From the IMG/VR virus record IMGVR_UViG_3300031510_000027, positions 1 to 30,289 of that record: a stretch of DNA of 30,289 nucleotides. One strand, given 5' to 3'. Source of the DNA: a virus. Its lineage: Duplodnaviria; Caudoviricetes. The notes below the pieces were generated by a model that worked only from the letters and a program-made list of their open reading frames with translations, made no database searches and had not been told where the DNA came from. The stretch's first letter is position 1, and the number at the start of each line of letters is the position of its first letter. The translations under genes were made by a program, and so were the position numbers. Below are positions 25,172-30,289 of the stretch, one piece after another.

Positions 25172-26995
25172 TTAAAATCTGAAGAAACTTCTCACAGCAC
25201 TTACAGCCGTATTTGCGTAACCTTTTGCTATTGACGTTAATTGGCCTTTGAATGCTGTTATTTTTCCTTTTACAAATGCCAATGCTTCATTTTTTATTAA
25301 ACTTTCTACATTTTTTGCCTTAGTTACAAGGCCTTTGATTTGGCTAATATTTAAATTTATGTTATCGTTTAATGCTACCATTTTTTTAACCTGAGAGGAT
25401 ACTCCGGAAATAGTTTTGTTTGACATTAATTTGTCTTTAATTTGTCTCAACTCAACCGGCATCATTTTTGGATTTTCTTTTGCTATCAGAGCCATTGCAT
25501 CATTAATGAAGCTTTTCTTACGTGCTTCACTGCTGGTTCTAGTGTATGGTTCGTGTGTTACAAAATCCGATACTGTGGTTGTAACATCCATAGTATTTGG
25601 CTTGCCGCCTTCTTTGATTGGTTTTTCTATGTCAATATCTTTACCGTCTGTTGTGATTATTCCCACTGAGCCATGTTCTGGCACTAGCCAACTAGGTCCC
25701 CATGATTTAAATGCAGGGATTGAATTCATGTGTACATTCGATCCTGCCATGTGTACTTCCCCGCCTGCACCAACCATTGTCCCACCGCCTGAGTATGATG
25801 AAAGAACAGATCCAGCATATGTCCTCACTGCTCCTTGAGATGAATTTTGTATTGAATTTTTTGCCATTGTGTTGACATTAAATCCTGCGTTAAGATTAAC
25901 ATTTTGTTCTGATGTAAAGTTTAAACTACCTCTTGCATGAAAGTTAACATTTGTGTCCGAGTGTACATTAAAATCTCCGCCGGATCTTATGTTGATACCC
26001 GATGCAGAATATATGCTGATTGTTCCGTCTTTGGACATTTCTATAAATGCTTTTCCGGAACCGTTTGCAAGATACACAACACCCTCTGTGTCATGCATTA
26101 ATAACTGGTGTCCCGATGCTGTTCTAATCCTCGCAAGTTTATTGCTTCCGGATACATCTCCATCGTCCATAACAAAACAATGACCGAGATCTCTGTCCAC
26201 CTGGATAGGCATGTTGTTCACACCAATGTTTAATTCTCTTGAGTCTTTGCTTATTCCTCCTGGTGTATTCCATCCAAACACTCTGCTAGGTGTTTCTCTT
26301 CTTGCACTTGATGACGTTGTGCCTCTAGTGTCGTCTTTAATTAATCCTTCTGCAAGTAGTTGGTCTGCTAAAACTGTGTTAACTGGAAACTCCCATTTAT
26401 CCATAGTGAGGTTTGTTTCTCCGTCACCATATCTTTTTTTGTTTTTTTCCTGTATCGGTAAAAAATCTGTGCCATAATTTTTTACTTTTAATCCTGCGTT
26501 TGCCCCTATCTGTCTTTCTCTATTACTAATTTTGCTTGAGTTGTTTATTGTGTTTTCCGATGAACCGTTTCCAGGTATCATTTGGTTTGTTAATGGTTCT
26601 TGTATACAGCCCATCCAGAACGCATTATTTTGTCCTTTTTCACCTTTGGCAAATATTACTAGTACGTTGGTATCTACATCAGGTGGAATAGCCCACATAC
26701 CATATGATCGTTGTTGAGGTCCTTCTGATGGATCCTTAGTATTTGCTTTGAAAGGCTTTGCACCATAAAACGGTGACAAGTACTGACACCAAATAATCTG
26801 TGATGGATTAATATCATGCCCGTCTGTTTTAGACAGTTCAGGAATTACCACACCTAACCTTCCCATTTTGAGAGGATCAATTGTGTTCTTAACAACTGCT
26901 ATGTACGGACCGGGATCATTCGAACTACCTTTTTGATTGAAGTTTTTTGAATTGTCCTGTGTGTCTGAAAATCCACCGCCTATTTTATAACTCAT
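25172..26995 (-). CDS. Baseplate central spike, gp5/VgrG-like (OB-fold plus beta-helix), no lysozyme domain recognised
   Basis: 607 aa. AVVKNTIDPLKMGRLGVVIP...WCQY...GMWAIPPDVDTNVLVIF..G.....WMGC is the gp5 OB-fold pattern; RIRTASGHQLLMHDT and INIRSGGDFNVHSDTNVNFHARG are beta-helix repeats. Confidence 0.85.
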   Translation of the reverse strand: MSYKIGGGFSDTQDNSKNFNQKGSSNDPGPYIAVVKNTIDPLKMGRLGVVIPELSKTDGHDINPSQIIWCQYLSPFYGAKPFKANTKDPSEGPQQRSYGMWAIPPDVDTNVLVIFAKGEKGQNNAFWMGCIQEPLTNQMIPGNGSSENTINNSSKISNRERQIGANAGLKVKNYGTDFLPIQEKNKKRYGDGETNLTMDKWEFPVNTVLADQLLAEGLIKDDTRGTTSSSARRETPSRVFGWNTPGGISKDSRELNIGVNNMPIQVDRDLGHCFVMDDGDVSGSNKLARIRTASGHQLLMHDTEGVVYLANGSGKAFIEMSKDGTISIYSASGINIRSGGDFNVHSDTNVNFHARGSLNFTSEQNVNLNAGFNVNTMAKNSIQNSSQGAVRTYAGSVLSSYSGGGTMVGAGGEVHMAGSNVHMNSIPAFKSWGPSWLVPEHGSVGIITTDGKDIDIEKPIKEGGKPNTMDVTTTVSDFVTHEPYTRTSSEARKKSFINDAMALIAKENPKMMPVELRQIKDKLMSNKTISGVSSQVKKMVALNDNINLNISQIKGLVTKAKNVESLIKNEALAFVKGKITAFKGQLTSIAKGYANTAVSAVRSFFRF

Positions 26996-27013
26996 ACTTT
27001 AATTTATCCTTGC

Positions 27014-29509
27014 CTACGGCATGTAGTCGTTGTCATTGGCTTTATCTTTAGCATTTTTAATTGTCTTTTTGGCCCAGCTAGTTGCTTTTCCTTTTATTCT
27101 ACCCCATGCGGCACCCATGTCAGCGTCGCTAGTTGTGTCATTTAATCTAGACCATTTGTTGGCATTAGTACTGCCACCTAAAGTTACTACCGGCTTTCCT
27201 TTTTCTTCATAATTTTTAGAAATGTGCTGTTCTATCACTGCTCCGGCCTTACCTGCCTGTTGCTGATTCATTCTAACACAATGCAACGTCTGTAGAAATT
27301 GTCCTTGATTAAATTTCGAATCAACCTTAACCACTTGATATATTCCAGAAAATGTGTTTTCTGCTTTACCGCCTGCTCCGGCATGGCGTACATATATTCC
27401 TACCTGATCATCTATGTCGTCGGGCGGTCTTACAAAATTTAATTGGATTAGTGGTTGAAAATTTTCTGAGTTAAAACTGCCGAATTTTTTGCTTATTACT
27501 CCAGGACCAATCCCGTCTGGTTTTTTAGCTCTGTCTTGGTGTATACCTATAAATTGATCCTGACAAATAAATGCCGGGTCTCCTAGTATTTCTAATTCTA
27601 GTTTCATCATATCCACTTGCGGATTTGTTATGTAATCGTAGAACTGTTGTGATTTGTTCGAACCTGCATTCATTGTGTTTTTACCCATTTGGATACTTGG
27701 CTCAATTCTAATATCAGAATCTTCATTCCCAAAAACTTTTATGAGATTTTCTTGGAAGTCCTCATATTTTCCTTTGGATTTATATTCGTCTTTAAACGGT
27801 CTGACGTTTCTAAGATAGTATGCAGTCTTGTAATTGATTCGCAAATTTTGTACGTCCACGTTGTCACCTGTGTATATGTAGTTGTACTGTTTTCTAACCC
27901 ATTTGGACCAATCCATAAATCCTAAACTAACTCCTGGCGGAAAGAATTTTAAACAGTGCAATTTTTTTGGTATTGCTTTAAAAATTATTCTTTTTGGACT
28001 TACTTTTCTTATCCTATCAATTGTGTTTGGATTAGGTGTGTCAACGTCAACTTTAATTTCAAACCAAGGTATCCATTGATTGTCTTTCGCTTTGTTTCGA
28101 AAGTCACTACTGCTGTAAAACTTCATTAATCCGTCATAATCGTCTGCACCATCGCTAGTCTTCGACTGTTGACTAGGAGAACCTCCAGCAGATTGTGTCA
28201 TTTGCATATGCCAGTACTGCCAAAATCTATCTGCAATAGCAGAATATCCCTCACCTGTTCTAATAGCATCTTCAAAATATTTTACTAGACTTGTCTGTCC
28301 GTCTACCTGTGCTTCTGCTAGTTTGATTTTGGGAGTAAAATCAATCTGTGTTTTTTCTCCAGCAATATAGTTGTTATAAAACTTTGCAAGAAAATTTGCA
28401 TTAGATTCCGCTATTGTTGTTTGTAAGGTTTTAGCGTACTTGGCTTTTTCAGCCACTTCCGACGACACATAAAACTCATATTGGTCTTTGTACTGTCGTA
28501 ACCCTTCTTTTATTTCTTTGTCTTGGTCCTGATCTAGTTGTTCTGTAACCTCTTTTATCCATTCACCCACACTGTCTACACTGGTTGTTATTTGGGTACG
28601 TGGAAATTTAAATCTATCGTCATGAGCTAAATCACCGAATGGTACTGCAATTATCTGATATTTTGTTCCTGATTGATCTAGGTCAAATTCAACCCTAACT
28701 ATTAGCATTGGAATTTTCCTTACATAGTTTTTATCTTCACTAGTGATTGGTTTTCCGTGTTCGTCTGTGCCTTTGAATTCTATTGTTAATAGTAACGGAG
28801 CATCCATAAAATCTCTGTATCCATTTATAAATGTTGCCGCTTTGACTTTCTCTACCAGTGATGTACCAAACGGTTCTATTAAATCAAAATTCATTTTTGT
28901 TATGTTTGCTAGTCCTCTGTCTGGATTTGGGCCAACAGTGCTTAACATAGTAAAGTTTTCAATAAACAGATCTAATCCTCTGCTTAGGATGAAAGCAGAT
29001 TCTTTTGGATCATATTTTTTATTAGCCGTTTTACCATGAAGGAATGTTCCTCGTCCGGTTTCTTTAGCTTCTGCTTTTAATTCGTTTTGTTGTTCTTGGT
29101 ATTTGCCATTACTAACTTTTGGATCTCCTATACCTCCGGATCTCGCAATAATATCATGCACAGGATTATTCATGTATGCATGACTTTTTAATTCATCTTC
29201 GGACAGTCCACTTATTGTAAAAATTGTGTTGAAGGTTGCAAACTTGTGTAGTACGTTTTCCATTAGGCCGACTTCATTGTCTGTTGTTGTCTCTTTATCT
29301 TTTACAACACCAAACGATGAGAGATCACCACCTGTAAACTTCTTGAACCAGTCGTTTTTTGTGTCAGAGATTTTCTTCGTTATATTGTTCTTAATTGTAT
29401 TGCTAACTGATTTGGATGCTCGTTTCAATTTCTCCACAGGAACTTTAGAAACAAAAGAAGAATCCCTGAAGTTTTTTGGTCTGCCTGTGTACTCATCGTA
29501 TTCAGACAT
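27014..29509 (-). CDS. Baseplate hub protein (gp27/VgrG N-terminal/gpD-like)
   Basis: 831 aa upstream of the spike. C-terminal LELEILGDPAFI...FSGIYQVVKVDSKFNQGQFLQTLHCVR is typical of hub proteins. Confidence 0.7.
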   Translation of the reverse strand: MSEYDEYTGRPKNFRDSSFVSKVPVEKLKRASKSVSNTIKNNITKKISDTKNDWFKKFTGGDLSSFGVVKDKETTTDNEVGLMENVLHKFATFNTIFTISGLSEDELKSHAYMNNPVHDIIARSGGIGDPKVSNGKYQEQQNELKAEAKETGRGTFLHGKTANKKYDPKESAFILSRGLDLFIENFTMLSTVGPNPDRGLANITKMNFDLIEPFGTSLVEKVKAATFINGYRDFMDAPLLLTIEFKGTDEHGKPITSEDKNYVRKIPMLIVRVEFDLDQSGTKYQIIAVPFGDLAHDDRFKFPRTQITTSVDSVGEWIKEVTEQLDQDQDKEIKEGLRQYKDQYEFYVSSEVAEKAKYAKTLQTTIAESNANFLAKFYNNYIAGEKTQIDFTPKIKLAEAQVDGQTSLVKYFEDAIRTGEGYSAIADRFWQYWHMQMTQSAGGSPSQQSKTSDGADDYDGLMKFYSSSDFRNKAKDNQWIPWFEIKVDVDTPNPNTIDRIRKVSPKRIIFKAIPKKLHCLKFFPPGVSLGFMDWSKWVRKQYNYIYTGDNVDVQNLRINYKTAYYLRNVRPFKDEYKSKGKYEDFQENLIKVFGNEDSDIRIEPSIQMGKNTMNAGSNKSQQFYDYITNPQVDMMKLELEILGDPAFICQDQFIGIHQDRAKKPDGIGPGVISKKFGSFNSENFQPLIQLNFVRPPDDIDDQVGIYVRHAGAGGKAENTFSGIYQVVKVDSKFNQGQFLQTLHCVRMNQQQAGKAGAVIEQHISKNYEEKGKPVVTLGGSTNANKWSRLNDTTSDADMGAAWGRIKGKATSWAKKTIKNAKDKANDNDYMP

Positions 29510-29510
29510 T

Positions 29511-29810
29511 TTATATTCCTAAATCGTTAGAGATGTTGTTTGCCTTGGGTAATTGTATTGTTACTCCAGGTTTAAAATCATATATCGGATCTTCTATTTC
29601 ATCTGGATTTCTCTGTGCAAACACCCACCAAAGTCTCGGTGTGCCATAAAGGTCATAAGCCAATAGATCTGGTCTGTAAGCATATGTTCTTTCTATTGTG
29701 TATGTTTGATCATCTGCTTCTGCTGTTATCGTTCTAGGAACCAATGGTTCTAAATTAATTGAATTTTGCGGTGTAGCGTGATAGGGTGATGTGTTTGAAT
29801 AATCAGCCAT
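29511..29810 (-). CDS. Baseplate wedge protein, gp53/tail-X LysM-like
   Basis: 99 aa. YAYRPDLLAYDLYGTPRLWWVFAQRNP......DFKPGVTIQLP. Confidence 0.85.
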   Translation of the reverse strand: MADYSNTSPYHATPQNSINLEPLVPRTITAEADDQTYTIERTYAYRPDLLAYDLYGTPRLWWVFAQRNPDEIEDPIYDFKPGVTIQLPKANNISNDLGI

Positions 29811-30289
29811 TATACTAATCCTATCCCTCTTTCTTTATCTAGTGATCCATCAGCAAACTTTTTCAGTGAAAAGTTTTTAACTGTATCTCTGCTGTATACT
29901 GGAGTTACCATACAAGAAATAGTTGATATTGTCGGTGCCCATGAGGCATCGGCCGCCATGTCTGCATCTTGGTTAAATCTATTCATGTCTTCGCCGTTGA
30001 CGCCAACTCCACCTAAACTTCCAGCTTCTGCTTGTTTTGTAGAAATATAATCAATGCCGGGTCTTAGTTCAACACTAAACTGATTTATTACCACCGGAAC
30101 TTTATCATAAACATGATCTCCGTATCCTGACAAATGCATAATAGGTGGTGGTGAACCTTTTAGTTGATCATCGGATTTTCCAAAAGACATTTTGCTCATT
30201 GTTCTTAAAAATTTTACTGTGGCTATCCAGTGTTTGGCATCATCGGAATTTTGTACTGGAAATTCTCCCACAATACTAATAGTGTCTAC
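29810..30289 (-). CDS. Partial tail tube-related/baseplate junction protein (gp48/gp54-like), 5' end outside the window
   Basis: The frame is open to the edge (VDTISIVGEFPVQNS...), so the tracked GTG start at 30271 is probably internal. Motif GSPPPIMHLSGYG....KVPVVINQFSVEL...DY...PTISTISCMVTP; precedes the gp53-like gene. Confidence 0.65.
   Translation of the reverse strand, partial: VDTISIVGEFPVQNSDDAKHWIATVKFLRTMSKMSFGKSDDQLKGSPPPIMHLSGYGDHVYDKVPVVINQFSVELRPGIDYISTKQAEAGSLGGVGVNGEDMNRFNQDADMAADASWAPTISTISCMVTPVYSRDTVKNFSLKKFADGSLDKERGIGLV

Noticed and set aside
26996-27016. TAG readthrough or recoding fusing hub and spike into a VgrG-like protein
   Set aside because: An in-frame TAA follows four codons after the TAG, and the very long ORFs are intact under the standard code.
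126-29522. Numerous + strand ORFs (e.g. 6013-7044, 5046-5744, 3980-4396 Pro-rich, 22452-23027)
   Set aside because: They lie antisense to well-supported minus-strand genes, and their sequences mirror sense codon bias (Gly codons read as Pro). No independent motifs were seen.
24742-30289. Bacterial T6SS, eCIS or tailocin locus
   Set aside because: The T4-type gp6, late-promoter motifs, large-phage fibre families and lack of Tss membrane or host genes favour a phage.

Overview
This AT-rich window is one uninterrupted minus-strand late-gene block from a large contractile-tailed (T4-related, myovirus-like) bacteriophage, probably of the large aquatic type (inference). In transcription order, right to left, it encodes: a partial tube/baseplate-junction protein, a gp53/LysM-like wedge, a gp27-like hub, a gp5/VgrG-like spike with no recognisable lysozyme, gp25, gp6, a 4274-aa multidomain wedge protein, a 241-aa baseplate protein, two paralogous fibres, a Gly-rich adhesin-like protein with two tandem Hint domains, a GNAT-like protein, a 60-aa acidic protein, a third fibre paralogue, and a partial structural gene missing from the ORF track. 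The best candidate for an undescribed system is the cassette at about 1945-4692: a polyglycine adhesin fused to two different Hint self-processing domains separated only by Lys-Gly, followed by GNAT-like and small acidic genes, and lying among fibres, two of which carry intramolecular-chaperone autocleavage domains. Other signals are a type-1 copper-like site, a seven-bladed FG-GAP propeller and 12 DGST motifs in the giant protein, shared Ser/Thr-rich '-GY' C-terminal tails, and TAAATA late promoters placed for leaderless transcripts. All assignments come from motif reading and synteny by eye; no searches were run. I saw no tRNA, rRNA, CRISPR array or mobile element.
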